This document shows, in pieces, positions 1 to 9,510 of a stretch of DNA of 64,000 bases. Each line of letters begins with the position of its first letter. Within the stretch, counting starts at the first letter, position 1. Position numbers and translations under genes: made by a program. Source of the stretch: an uncultured Solirubrobacterales bacterium (GTDB lineage: Bacteria > Actinomycetota > Thermoleophilia > Solirubrobacterales > 70-9); assembly GCA_963815885.1 (NCBI GenBank), contig CAWFIM010000003.1, positions 196,234 to 260,233 of the forward strand, in the 5' to 3' direction. Under the pieces are notes generated by a model. It did not search any database, was not told the origin of the DNA, and saw only the letters and a program-made list of their open reading frames with translations.

Positions 1-306
1 GGGATCGGTGCCGCGATCGCCCTGCGAACCGGCAGCGCCAGCGTCGTCCAGGGGCTGTTCCCGCTCGTCCTCGTCATCCTCTTCCTCTCCTCCGCCTTCT
101 TCCCCCAGGACCTGATGATCGAGCCGGCGAAGACGATCGCCCAGTACAACCCGCTGAGCTTCGTAGTCGAAGGGATCCGCGAGCCGATGATCTCGGGGAT
201 CGAGGCGGCCGACACGCTCTACGCGGTGCTGGCGATCCTCGGCATCGTCGTCGTCGGCCTCCTGCTCAGCGACCGCGCCCTGCGACACCGGCTGCGGGTC
301 GGCTGA
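1..306 (+). CDS. ABC-2 type transporter permease, C-terminal part (5' end outside window)
   Basis: The frame is open from base 1. The hydrophobic tail reads ...LFPLVLVILFLSSAFFPQDLMIEPAKTIAQYNPLSFVVEGIR. Its stop overlaps the next permease start as TGATG. Confidence 0.6.
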   Translation, partial: GIGAAIALRTGSASVVQGLFPLVLVILFLSSAFFPQDLMIEPAKTIAQYNPLSFVVEGIREPMISGIEAADTLYAVLAILGIVVVGLLLSDRALRHRLRVG

Positions 307-1097
307 TGGAAGCGGCGGTGAGGATTCCGGCCTGGCGCGCCAACCTGGCGACGATCGCCGCGCTGATGGCGCGGGCGAAGAACGAGCTGGTCCGGGTGCC
401 CGGGGCGGCGATCCCGGGGGTGCTGGCGCCGACGATCTTCTTCCTCGGCCTCAACGGCGTCTTCGGGGCGCTGACCCAGCTGCGCGGCTTCAGTACCGGC
501 AGCTACGAGTCCTTCATCGTCCCGATCAGCATGCTGCAGGGGGCGGGCTTCACCGGCGCCGCGGCCGGGGTCAACCTCGCCCGCGACATCGAGCAGGGTT
601 GGCTCGACCGGCTGTTGGTCTCGCCCGCGCCGCGCTGGGTCCTGCTGGCGGGCACGGTGCTGGCGGCCAGCGCCCGGGCGCTGATCCCGGCGACTTTCGT
701 GCTGGCGATCGCGCTGGCGCTGGGCGCCGGCTGGCCCGGGATCGACGGTCTCGCAATCACCTACTTCATGGTCGCGGCGATGGCGGCGGTCGCCGCCTGT
801 TGGGGCTGCTTCCTGGCGCTGCGCTTCAAGAGCCAGTCGGCGGCGCCGCTGATGCAGGCGGGGATGATGGCGCTGATCCTCACCACCACCGCCTACGCGC
901 CGCTGGCGCTGCTGCAGGGGTGGCTTCAGGACATCGCCCGGATCAACCCGGTGACGCAGGTGGTCGAAGCGGCGCGCCAGGGCTTCGTCGGCGCCGTCAG
1001 CTGGGCTGAAACCTGGCCCGGGCTGCTGGCGCTGACCGGCCTGCTGGCGGTGCTCGGCGCCCTTGCGCTGCGCGAGATGCGCCGCACCGCGCTTTGA
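306..1097 (+). CDS. ABC-2 type transporter permease
   Basis: 263-aa polytopic hydrophobic ORF with high GC3, paralogous in style to the preceding fragment and coupled to it. Confidence 0.7.
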   Translation: MEAAVRIPAWRANLATIAALMARAKNELVRVPGAAIPGVLAPTIFFLGLNGVFGALTQLRGFSTGSYESFIVPISMLQGAGFTGAAAGVNLARDIEQGWLDRLLVSPAPRWVLLAGTVLAASARALIPATFVLAIALALGAGWPGIDGLAITYFMVAAMAAVAACWGCFLALRFKSQSAAPLMQAGMMALILTTTAYAPLALLQGWLQDIARINPVTQVVEAARQGFVGAVSWAETWPGLLALTGLLAVLGALALREMRRTAL

Positions 1098-2326
1098 CCC
1101 GGCGCCGACGGGCCGACTCCGTCCATCCTCTGGACGTTTCAGGCCCGCCGGCGCATGTGGTCGCCGAGGCCGAGCGGGTGCTGCGCCAGAACTGGCTCGA
1201 AGGCGATCGCGATGGCGTCCGCTTCTCCTACACCCGGCCGAGTCCGGGCCGCTACCCGTGGCAGTGGTACTGGGACTCGTGCTTTGCCGCGATCGTCTGG
1301 CGCCGCTTCGCGCCGGAGCGGGCGCGGGCCGAGCTGGAGAGCCTGCTCGCCGCCCAGCGACCCGACGGCTTCGTCGGCCACACGATCTTCTGGGACCGAC
1401 CCGTGTCGCTGCTCCGCCTCAGCTTCTACAACGTCGCCTCACGGACGGCGCTGCAAACCGAGACGATCCAGCCGCCGCTCCTGGCCTGGGCCTGGCGGAT
1501 CGCCGTCGGCGACCCGGCGGCCGAGCCGCGGATCGCGGCGCAGGTCGACTGGCTGGCGGCGAACCGCGACCTCGACGCGGACGGGCTGCTGTGGATCGTG
1601 CAGCCCGACGAGTCCGGCCTCGACGCCTCGCCGAAGTTCGAACCGGTCTGGGGCTGGCGCTCCAACGGCCGGCTCGGCTTCCCGCTGCTGGTGCGGCGCA
1701 ACCGGCAACTCGGCTTCGACGCCCGGCGGGTTCGCGACCGCGGGCACCCGGTCCTCTGCGAGACCCTGGTCAACACGATGTGGTCGCTCTCGCTGCAGGC
1801 CCTGGGGCGGCCCTCGGCGACCCCGGCACTGGTCGAGCGACTGTGGGACGAGCGATTGGGGCTGTTCCTCGACGAGGTCCAGCCCGGCGGCGCCCGGCCG
1901 ACGATCGTCACCTGGGCCGCGTTGGCGCCGCTTGCCCTACCGGACCTGCCCGAGGAGATCGGCCGGCGGCTGGTCGAGGAGCACCTGCTCGACCCGCGCG
2001 AGTTCCTGACGCCGGTCGCGCCGCCGTCGGTGGCGGCATCCGAGCCGAGCTATCAGCCCGGCGGCGGCCGCGGACCGATCCGCCGCTACTGGCGGGGGCC
2101 GACCTGGGTCAACTCGGTCTGGCTGGTCTGGCTGGGACTGCGGCGACTCGGCTACGAGCACGAGGCGCGGCGCCTGGCGGACGGCCTGATCGCCGCCGTT
2201 GCCCGCGAAGGCCTGCGCGAGTACTACGACCCCCGCGGCGGCCGTGGCCTCGGCGCCAAGGACTTCGCCTGGTCGGCGCTGATCGCCGAGCTGGCCGACC
2301 CAGAGTTGGCCTACCGCTTCAAATAG
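1094..2326 (+). CDS. Glycoside hydrolase, GH63-like / MGH1-like (alpha/alpha)6 barrel family
   Basis: 410-aa ORF containing YPWQWYWDSCFAAI, typical of this hydrolase family. It has a TTG start overlapping the upstream stop, so the exact start is uncertain. Confidence 0.6.
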   Translation: MTRRRRADSVHPLDVSGPPAHVVAEAERVLRQNWLEGDRDGVRFSYTRPSPGRYPWQWYWDSCFAAIVWRRFAPERARAELESLLAAQRPDGFVGHTIFWDRPVSLLRLSFYNVASRTALQTETIQPPLLAWAWRIAVGDPAAEPRIAAQVDWLAANRDLDADGLLWIVQPDESGLDASPKFEPVWGWRSNGRLGFPLLVRRNRQLGFDARRVRDRGHPVLCETLVNTMWSLSLQALGRPSATPALVERLWDERLGLFLDEVQPGGARPTIVTWAALAPLALPDLPEEIGRRLVEEHLLDPREFLTPVAPPSVAASEPSYQPGGGRGPIRRYWRGPTWVNSVWLVWLGLRRLGYEHEARRLADGLIAAVAREGLREYYDPRGGRGLGAKDFAWSALIAELADPELAYRFK

Positions 2327-2359
2327 TTCGCTGCCGACGCACCCGAGAACCGACTGGGC

Positions 2360-2500
2360 CTACTTCAGCAATTCGAGGAACGGGCTGTCGGGATGCGTGA
2401 AGTGATGGTGGCTGCCCTTCGAGCGAGCAAGCTTCCAGCCCTCCTGCTCGAGGACTCTGATCAGCTGCCGGGGACGGACCGACGGAAGTCGTCCGCTCAC
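2360..2500 (-). CDS. hicA: HicA-family toxin, abnormally short (46 aa)
   Basis: Not in the ORF track because it is under 60 aa. My own translation is VSGRLPSVRPRQLIRVLEQEGWKLARSKGSHHHFTHPDSPFLELLK*. The GTG start overlaps the hicB stop as GTGA. Confidence 0.55.
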   Translation of the reverse strand: MSGRLPSVRPRQLIRVLEQEGWKLARSKGSHHHFTHPDSPFLELLK

Positions 2501-2724
2501 GCGGCGACGGTGATGCGCTCGATCAGCGCTGGCTGCGGCAGCGGACGGCCCTCGTGCGCCAGCACCTCGAGGTAACCCTCGATCGCGTCTTTGGCCATCG
2601 AGAGAGCCTCATCGCGGGTCTCCCCTTGGGTATGGCAGCCCGGCAGGGCCGGCACGGACACGCTGAAGCCACCCTCTTCTTCGGGCTGCAGCACAACCTC
2701 GAACTCGTGAGATTTAGTCGTCAT
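2497..2724 (-). CDS. hicB: HicB-family antitoxin (UPF0150-type)
   Basis: MTTKSHEFEVVLQPEEEGGFSVSVPALPGCHTQGETRDEALSMAKDAIEGYLEVL is a typical HicB N-domain. I chose the internal ATG at 2724 rather than the ORF-track start at 2796. Confidence 0.8.
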   Translation of the reverse strand: MTTKSHEFEVVLQPEEEGGFSVSVPALPGCHTQGETRDEALSMAKDAIEGYLEVLAHEGRPLPQPALIERITVAA

Positions 2725-2833
2725 TCCAACTGCCTCTGACGCCCAAGGATAGCCACCAGTCATCCCAGCCGCCTTTCCCGGAGCGCCCGCTGGCACACCA
2801 CCGCGCAGCCCAGCTGCATGAACCGCCAGCGGG

Positions 2834-3053
2834 CTATTTGTAGCGGTAGGTGATCCTGCCGCGATCGAGGTCGTACGGGGAGAAGCTCGATCTTCACCCG
2901 GTCGCCGGGGAGGATGCGGATGTAGTGGCGTCGCATCTTGCCCGAGATGTGGCCGAGCACGTCGTGGCCGTTATCCAATTTGACGCGGAACATCGTGTTG
3001 GGGAGGGCCTCGGTGATCTCTCCCTCCATTTCGATCTTTTCCTCTTTCGCCAT
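2834..3053 (-). pseudogene. infA: Translation initiation factor IF-1 with a +1 frameshift
   Basis: [57 protein letters not shown] is followed, one frame over, by [15 protein letters not shown] (TAG at 2834-2836). The span is 220 nt (3n+1), with the extra base near 2880-2885. Confidence 0.85.
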
Positions 3054-3133
3054 GCGGCGGGGAACATAACAGTCGCGCCTCGCTCCCTGCGCAAGGAATC
3101 AGATATGGATGCTTGCTCGCTCGGCTCTCCGAC

Positions 3134-4564
3134 TCACCTTCGGCGCAGGTATTCGACCGCGTCCTGCCGGGTCGTGATCTCCCCCGCGTACTGTGCCGCC
3201 TCGAGGTCGGCGAGCAGCTCGCCCAGCTCCGGGCCGGCCTCGATCTCCAGCGCGCTCGCCACCTCGTCACCGCGCAGCAGCGGCGCCGGCGGGCCGTCGC
3301 GGCGCCAGTCCAACCCGGCGGCGATCATCTGGCGGGCGAGGGCAAGGTGCGCCTCGACCATCTCCGGGCTGGCGAGCGGGCCGGCGCCGCGAGCGGAGAG
3401 GCGGTCGGCGACGGTGAGCAGGGTGACGTCGACGGTGACCGGTTCGGTCGCGCGCAGGTATTCGTGCACGCGACGGGCCGGCAACGGCGCCTCCGGGATC
3501 AGGAAGCCGAGCCGCAGGTGGTGGAGGGTCAGCGCCTGCAGGTGCTGGGTCAGCCGGCGGCTGGCTCGCAGGCGCCGGCAGATGCCGCCGACGATCTCGG
3601 CGCCGGTCTGGTCGTGTCCGCGGAAGCCGACGAAGCCGTCGTGCTCGGCGCGGGTCTGGGGCTTGCCGATGTCATGGAGCAGGGCACCGAAGCGCAGCGC
3701 CGTGCCGTGGGTCAACTCGTCGGCCAGCGGCTCCGCCAGCAGGGCACCGACCTCATCGGCACGCTCGCCGGCAAAGCGATCGAGCTCGCGCTCGACTTCG
3801 AGCATGTGCGCGAGCACCGCCAGCGTGTGGCCGTACACGTCGAGGTGGTGGTTCGGGCCCTGCCCCACCCCGCGCAGCTCCTCCAGCTCGGGCAGCACCA
3901 CCGGCGTCAGCCGCAGCTCGTCGAGCAGGGCCAGCCCACGGAGGGGATCGGGCCCGCCGAGTAACCGTCGCAGCTCGGCCAACTGCCGCTCGCCGGCGGG
4001 CTCGGCGGCGTGGCCGGCGGCGGCGCAGGCCAGCTCGACGGTCGCCGGATCCAGTTCCAGATTCAGCTCGGCCCCGAGCCGGGCCGCGCGCAGCAGCCGC
4101 AGCGGGTCCTCGACGAAGCTGCGCTCCCCGACCGCCCGCAGCACCCGCCGCCGCAGGTCGTCGAGCCCGCCGAAGGGATCGAGCGCCGCGCCGCCGGCCA
4201 GCGGCACGGCGACGGCGCCGATCGTGAAGTCGCGGGCGGCGAGGTCGGCATCGATCCCCTCGCCGCGCAGCGCGGTGGCGTCGACCTGCCAGCCGCGAGC
4301 CGGCGCGACCACCCGCCAGGTGCCGAACTCGGCCGAGAGCTCGAAGGCGTGCTCGCCGAGCTCGGCGGCGATCGCCTTCGCCGCCATCCCAGGATCGCCG
4401 GCGACAGCGAGGTCGAGGTCGGCGACGTCCTGGCCGAGGGCGGCGTCGCGAACGGCGCCGCCGACGATCCAGACGTCCGCGGACCCCTCGAGCGCCCGCC
4501 TCACCGCCGCCGCCAGCGGAGCGTCGCGCAGGACGGCGGCGAGCTTGGCGGTTTGGTCGCTCAT
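3134..4564 (-). CDS. cca: CCA-adding enzyme / tRNA nucleotidyltransferase with HD domain
   Basis: Contains the IVGGAVRDAAL nucleotidyltransferase motif and the LLHDIGKP HD motif. Confidence 0.85.
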   Translation of the reverse strand: MSDQTAKLAAVLRDAPLAAAVRRALEGSADVWIVGGAVRDAALGQDVADLDLAVAGDPGMAAKAIAAELGEHAFELSAEFGTWRVVAPARGWQVDATALRGEGIDADLAARDFTIGAVAVPLAGGAALDPFGGLDDLRRRVLRAVGERSFVEDPLRLLRAARLGAELNLELDPATVELACAAAGHAAEPAGERQLAELRRLLGGPDPLRGLALLDELRLTPVVLPELEELRGVGQGPNHHLDVYGHTLAVLAHMLEVERELDRFAGERADEVGALLAEPLADELTHGTALRFGALLHDIGKPQTRAEHDGFVGFRGHDQTGAEIVGGICRRLRASRRLTQHLQALTLHHLRLGFLIPEAPLPARRVHEYLRATEPVTVDVTLLTVADRLSARGAGPLASPEMVEAHLALARQMIAAGLDWRRDGPPAPLLRGDEVASALEIEAGPELGELLADLEAAQYAGEITTRQDAVEYLRRR

Positions 4565-4586
4565 ACGGCTACAAACCCGCCACTCG

Positions 4587-5696
4587 TCACGCCGCGCGGC
4601 GCGGCACCCGCGACGAGATCCCGCAGGTCACCTCATAGTTGATCGTGTCGAGGCGAGCGGCGACCTCCTCGGCGAGGATCGCGTCCTCGCCCTGGGCGCC
4701 GATCAGCACCGCCTCCACTCCCGGCTCGACGTCGGTGTCGGGCCCGAGGTCGATCGTCACGTTGTCCATCGAAACCGTGCCGACCAGCGGCCGGCGGCGG
4801 CCGCCGACCAGGACCTCGGCGTTGTTGCTGAGCCCGCGCCGGACGCCGTCCCCATAGCCGAGCGGAATCACGCCGACGCAGGTCTCCTCCGGCGCCCGCC
4901 AGCGCTGCCCGTAGCCGGCGCTGGCACCCGCGGCGAAGCGCTTGACATCGGCCACGTAGGAGCGCAGCGAGAGGGCCGGCACCAGGCCCCGCTCGGCCGG
5001 ATCGGCCTGGAAGGGGTCGAGCCCGTAGACGGCGACGCCGCAGCGGACCATGTCGAAGTGTGAGCGCGGCTCGCGGAAGACCGCGGCGCTGTTGGCGGCA
5101 TGCGCGATCGCGCCGGGGAACTCGGCCTTGACCGGCGCCGCCACCGCCTCGAAGCGCTCGAGCTGCTCCTCGAAGAAGGCGGAGTCCAGCTCATCGGCGG
5201 TCGCGAAGTGGGTCCAGACGCCGGCCAGCTCGAGGCTCGGGTCGGCGTCGCAGGCGCGCGCCAGGGCCAGCACCTCCTGCGGATCGGGGTTGCCGAGCCG
5301 GCCCATGCCGCTGTCGTACTTGACGTGGACGCGGGCCGGCCGCCCCTGCGCCCGGGCGCGGTCGGCGAGGAGACGGCGAAAGCCCTCGCGCCAGACCGCC
5401 ACCTCCGAGCCCGCCGAGAGGACGATGTCGACGTCCTCGGCGGTCAGCGCCCCCATCGTCAGCAGGGGGATGTGCTGGAAGCGCCGGCCGATCTGTTCGG
5501 CCTCGGCCGCGGTGGCGACCGCGAGCCGCGTCGCGCCGCCGGCGAGCGCGGCGTTGGCGCAACCGTCGGCGCCGTGGCCGTAGCCGTCGGCCTTGACCAC
5601 CGCGCAGAGCTCGGCGCCGTTGCGCAGCTCCGAGCTCAGCCTGGCGCAGTTGGCGCGGACCGCCTCGAAGTCGATCCGGGCGACCGCCCGCTCCAT
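4587..5696 (-). CDS. alr: Alanine racemase
   Basis: Contains the AVVKADGYGHG PLP-lysine motif. Full length at 369 aa. Confidence 0.9.
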   Translation of the reverse strand: MERAVARIDFEAVRANCARLSSELRNGAELCAVVKADGYGHGADGCANAALAGGATRLAVATAAEAEQIGRRFQHIPLLTMGALTAEDVDIVLSAGSEVAVWREGFRRLLADRARAQGRPARVHVKYDSGMGRLGNPDPQEVLALARACDADPSLELAGVWTHFATADELDSAFFEEQLERFEAVAAPVKAEFPGAIAHAANSAAVFREPRSHFDMVRCGVAVYGLDPFQADPAERGLVPALSLRSYVADVKRFAAGASAGYGQRWRAPEETCVGVIPLGYGDGVRRGLSNNAEVLVGGRRRPLVGTVSMDNVTIDLGPDTDVEPGVEAVLIGAQGEDAILAEEVAARLDTINYEVTCGISSRVPRRAA

Positions 5697-5700
5697 CGCG

Positions 5701-6165
5701 CTACTCGTCGTCGACCAGCGCGGCCAGGGCGTCGGCCCTCGTGACCATGCCCGTCAGGCGCCCGTCGGCGTCGACCACCGGGAGGTGGTTGTGGTGCTTG
5801 TCGGCGATCTTCTTGGCGACGCGGTCGGCCGCTTCGTAGTCGTGCGCGACCACCGGGTCCGGCGTCATCAGCTCCGAGACAGCGGTCGCGAAGGCTTTGT
5901 TGAGCCTCTCCTCGAAGCCCTTCATCGAGCCGACGAAGACGACCCCCCCCATGATGTTGAGGTAGTGGGGCAGGTGCAGGTCGGATTCCTCCTCGCTCAG
6001 CACCAGGTCCGACTCGCTGACGATCCCGACCACCCGCCGGTCCTCGTCCACGACCGGCACCGCGCCCAGCTCGGTCTTCGCGAGCAGGTCGATCGCCTTG
6101 CGCGCATCGTCGTCGGGAGAGACGCTCGGCACGTCGGTATCCATGATGTCGGCGGCGGTCTTCAT
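5701..6165 (-). CDS. CBS domain pair protein
   Basis: 154 aa with two CBS-like repeats (VSPDDDARKAIDLL..., VVDADGRLTGMVTRADAL). Confidence 0.8.
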   Translation of the reverse strand: MKTAADIMDTDVPSVSPDDDARKAIDLLAKTELGAVPVVDEDRRVVGIVSESDLVLSEEESDLHLPHYLNIMGGVVFVGSMKGFEERLNKAFATAVSELMTPDPVVAHDYEAADRVAKKIADKHHNHLPVVDADGRLTGMVTRADALAALVDDE

Positions 6166-6175
6166 CCCGGCGAGG

Positions 6176-7645
6176 TTATTCGACCGACTCGACGGGGCGC
6201 AGGCCCGCTGGGATCGAGTCGATCACGTCGGTCGCGATCACCGACTCGGCGGCGCCGATCCGCGCGGCGGCGTCGCGGCCGGCGCGAGCGTGGGCGAGGA
6301 CGGCGGCGCAAGCGGCGGCGAAGGGCTCCAGGCCGCGTGCCAGCAGCGCCGCGACCATCCCCGCGAGCACGTCGCCGCTGCCGGCGGTCGCGAGCGCCGG
6401 CGCCGAGAGCGCGTTGACGGCGATCCGGGTGCCGTCGCAGACGATCGTGTCGTCGCCCTTGAGGACGACCACGGCGCCGGCGGCCGCGGCCGCCTCCTGG
6501 GCCGAAGCGAGCCGGTGGGCGCCAATCTGCTCCGAGTCGCGCTCGAGCAGGCGCCCCAGCTCACCCGCGTGCGGGGTGAGGATCGTCGGCGCCGCACGGG
6601 CGGCGACCTCCTCGAGCCGGCCGGCGAAGGCGTTGAGGCCGTCGGCATCGACCACCAGCGGCGCCTCGATCCGCCCCACCACATCCCGTGCCAGCTCAAC
6701 CGAGCCGGGGTCGCGCCCCAGCCCTGGGCCAAGCACGCCTGCGGCGGCGCGCTCGAAGGTGCGCAGCAGCGCCTTCGCGGAGGCCGGCACCAGGCGACCG
6801 TCGCCACCCGGGCAGCCGACCGACATCACCTCGGGCTGGCCCGCTTCGAAGACCGGCTCGAGGTCGGCCGGGACGGCGACGGTCGCGTAGCCGGCGCCGG
6901 TCCTGATCGCCGCCGAGGAGGACATTCGAACGGCGCCGGTGAGGCCACGCGAACCGCCGGCGACCGTCACCTGGCCGGAGCTGAACTTGGTCGAGCGCGG
7001 CCCCCGGCGCGGTGCCAGCGCGAGCACCGCGGGGTCGATCGTGCCGCCGGCCGGGCGGCCGGGGTCTCCGGGAGGGATGCCGATCGGCACCACCCGCAGC
7101 TCGCCGGTGTGCGCCTTGCCGGGCGCGATCCGCTGGCCCAGCTTCGCCGCGTGGAAGCTCACGGTCAGATCGGCCTCGACCGCGATACCCGCCACCTCGC
7201 CGCTGGAGGCGTCGACCCCGGAGGCGATGTCGCAGGCGACGACCGGGGCGCCACAACGGTTGATCGCCTCGATCGCCGCCGTCGCGGGTTCGCGCGGCGC
7301 GCCCTCGAAGCCGGTGCCGAAGATCGCGTCGACCACGGCGCCGGCGCCGGCCAGCCAACGGTCGAGGTCGTCGGGCACGTCCTCGGAGAAGAGGTTGGCG
7401 GTCGCGACCTCGAACCCCATCCCCCGCAGGTGCCGCGCGGCGACCTCGCCATCGCCGCCGTTATTGCCTTTGCCACAGACGATCCGCACCGGCCCCCCCG
7501 AGGCCAGCCCGGCGACGGCCTCTGCCAGCGCGGTCCCGGCAGCCTCCATCAGCTCCGAAGAGGGAATTCCCTGCTCCTCGATCGCCCAGCGATCGACCGC
7601 CCGGATCCCCTCGGCGTCGTACAGCGGCTGCAGCCACGGCTCCAT
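6176..7645 (-). CDS. nnr: Bifunctional NAD(P)H-hydrate epimerase / ADP-dependent dehydratase
   Basis: N-terminal YjeF_N-like region (GKGNNGGDG) plus a C-terminal kinase-like region (TAGSGDVLAG). Confidence 0.9.
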   Translation of the reverse strand: MEPWLQPLYDAEGIRAVDRWAIEEQGIPSSELMEAAGTALAEAVAGLASGGPVRIVCGKGNNGGDGEVAARHLRGMGFEVATANLFSEDVPDDLDRWLAGAGAVVDAIFGTGFEGAPREPATAAIEAINRCGAPVVACDIASGVDASSGEVAGIAVEADLTVSFHAAKLGQRIAPGKAHTGELRVVPIGIPPGDPGRPAGGTIDPAVLALAPRRGPRSTKFSSGQVTVAGGSRGLTGAVRMSSSAAIRTGAGYATVAVPADLEPVFEAGQPEVMSVGCPGGDGRLVPASAKALLRTFERAAAGVLGPGLGRDPGSVELARDVVGRIEAPLVVDADGLNAFAGRLEEVAARAAPTILTPHAGELGRLLERDSEQIGAHRLASAQEAAAAAGAVVVLKGDDTIVCDGTRIAVNALSAPALATAGSGDVLAGMVAALLARGLEPFAAACAAVLAHARAGRDAAARIGAAESVIATDVIDSIPAGLRPVESVE

Positions 7646-7732
7646 CCGGGTCAGCCTAGAAGTCGGAGGAGATGATTCAAAGATATTTGCTAACTATCAT
7701 TCGCTCCGAAATCGCGATACTTTAAAAAGATC

Positions 7733-8906
7733 ATGATCTTCGAGACCCCCACCTTGGACGACGACGAGCGCGCGGTGCTCACGCTCCTGTCGGAACAGCG
7801 CACGGACCTTCGAGAGCGCGTTGCGGAGCCGAGGCGCTGGAACGGCAGCTTGCGCCGCATGGCATTCGCGCGGGCCGTGCAGGGCTCCAACAGCATCGAG
7901 GGCTACAACGCCTCGCTCGACGACGTCGTCGCCGCCGTAGAGGGGGAGCCGACGCCCGACACCGAGGAGGAGACTCGGCTCGCGCTTGCCGGATACCGGG
8001 ATGCGATGACCTACGTCCTGCAAGTCGCGGACGACGAGACCCTCGCGATCGACGAGGGTCTGCTCAAGAGCCTGCATTTCATGATGCTCAGGCACGACCT
8101 CTCGAAACGGCCCGGCCGGTGGCGCCCCGGAGCGACCTACATCCACCACGGAGCGACCGATGAGATCGTCTACGAAGGACCGGCGAGCGACAAGGTCCCG
8201 GGTTTGATCGCCGAGCTTGTCCAGAGCCTCACCGAGGACGAGAGCCCGGTGGTGGTCAAGGCCGCGATGGCCCATCTCAATCTGGCGATGATCCACCCGT
8301 TCAGCGACGGCAACGGCCGCATGGCCCGCTGCCTGCAAACGCTCGTCCTCGCCCGCGACCGAGTCATCGCACCTGTCTTCTCCAGCATCGAGGAGTTCCT
8401 CGGTCGCAACACCGAGGCCTACTACGGGGTGCTCGAGGAGGTTGGCGCCGGCGGTTGGCATCCGCAGCGCGACGCGCGTCCATGGTTGCGATTCTGCCTA
8501 CGCGCCCACTACCTCCAGGCGACGACCACGATGCGCCGCCGCGAGGAGATTCGAGCGGCTCTGGGTCGGCTGCCTGGAGCTGGCGGAAGCTCACGGACTG
8601 CCCGAACGATGCGCCGCCGGCCTGATGGATTTGACCTTTGGCCTGCGACTCCGGAGGGGCACCTACCAATCCTCGGTCGAGACCGCGACCGGCGGGGAGA
8701 TCAGTGACCTGACGGCGTCCAGGGACCTGAAATCACTGGTCGACAGCGGCATGGCCGAGGCGATCGGCGAGCGCCGCGGTCGTTACTACCTTGCCGCCGC
8801 CCCCTTGACCGATCTGCGAGCGAGAGTCAGGGGGGAAAGGCCGGCGAAATCGGATGACGATCCGTTCGAGATCGTGCGCTCGCGCCGTCAGCCCAGACTC
8901 GCCTGA
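7733..8906 (+). pseudogene. Class II Fic-family AMPylase with C-terminal winged-helix domain, +1 frameshift
   Basis: Contains the HPFSDGNGRMAR Fic motif and the N-terminal inhibitory motif SNSIEG. The C-terminus (ERLWVGCLELAEAHGLPER...ISDLTASRDLKSLVDSGMAEAIGERRGRYY) continues in the frame of ORF 8442..8906. The span is 1174 nt (3n+1). Confidence 0.8.
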
Positions 8907-8968
8907 CGGCTATTTGCCGAGCCCGGCATAGCTTGATCGTGAACTTCGACGCTAGCGACCGCCCGGAC

Positions 8969-9187
8969 CTATAGACCGTTGCGCGGATCCTTTGGCTCGT
9001 CGCTATGCCACCAGATACCACCGAAAAACACCCCGAACTCGATCAGTAGCGGAAAGACGAAAATTGCGAAGAACAAGACGTAGTCGAGAGCCACTTTGAG
9101 ATGATATCGCGCATAGGGGCGCTCCGAGGAAACGGAGCGCCCGCATTGCCACGACCTACCAAGTGCTCTTGTTTGCGGGAACCCCAT
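8969..9187 (-). CDS. Hypothetical small membrane protein
   Basis: ORF-track entry with one clear hydrophobic helix (VLFFAIFVFPLLIEFGVFFGGIWW), lying in the lower-GC islet. I see no homology. Confidence 0.3.
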   Translation of the reverse strand: MGFPQTRALGRSWQCGRSVSSERPYARYHLKVALDYVLFFAIFVFPLLIEFGVFFGGIWWHSDEPKDPRNGL

Positions 9188-9241
9188 CCCCGTCCGCGTG
9201 AACGTACGCCCTAGTAAGAGTCACTGTCCAGAACGCTTACA

Positions 9242-9478
9242 TCACGCGCCGAGACCTGCACCACCACTGATCCAGGGTACTGACCACGCCGCTTTGCGCG
9301 CCGCAAGCTCGGACTCGGGGAATGCCGTCACGAACTTTCGTAGCAGGAACCGCCGCCTCTGCACAACATCCACCACCCGCCCCGTCTCGGCGACTTCCTG
9401 AGCCCACTGAACGGCCTCGTCGAGATTATCGAACGCTTCTTGCCACCGCCCATCAAAGCCAACCTCATACGTAGCCAT
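9242..9478 (-). CDS. Hypothetical protein
   Basis: I chose the internal start MATYEVGFDGRWQEAFDNLDEAVQWAQEV... so that it does not overlap the upstream gene. No recognisable family. Confidence 0.35.
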   Translation of the reverse strand: MATYEVGFDGRWQEAFDNLDEAVQWAQEVAETGRVVDVVQRRRFLLRKFVTAFPESELAARKAAWSVPWISGGAGLGA

Positions 9479-9510
9479 CGTCAGGAACTTGAGGTGGATC
9501 ATCTCACCTC

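Noticed and set aside
2850-5063. 737-aa ORF on the plus strand
   Set aside because: It is antisense to infA, cca and alr, all of which have clear family motifs. Its Ser/Arg/Ala/Pro-rich low-complexity translation is typical of shadow frames in GC-rich DNA.
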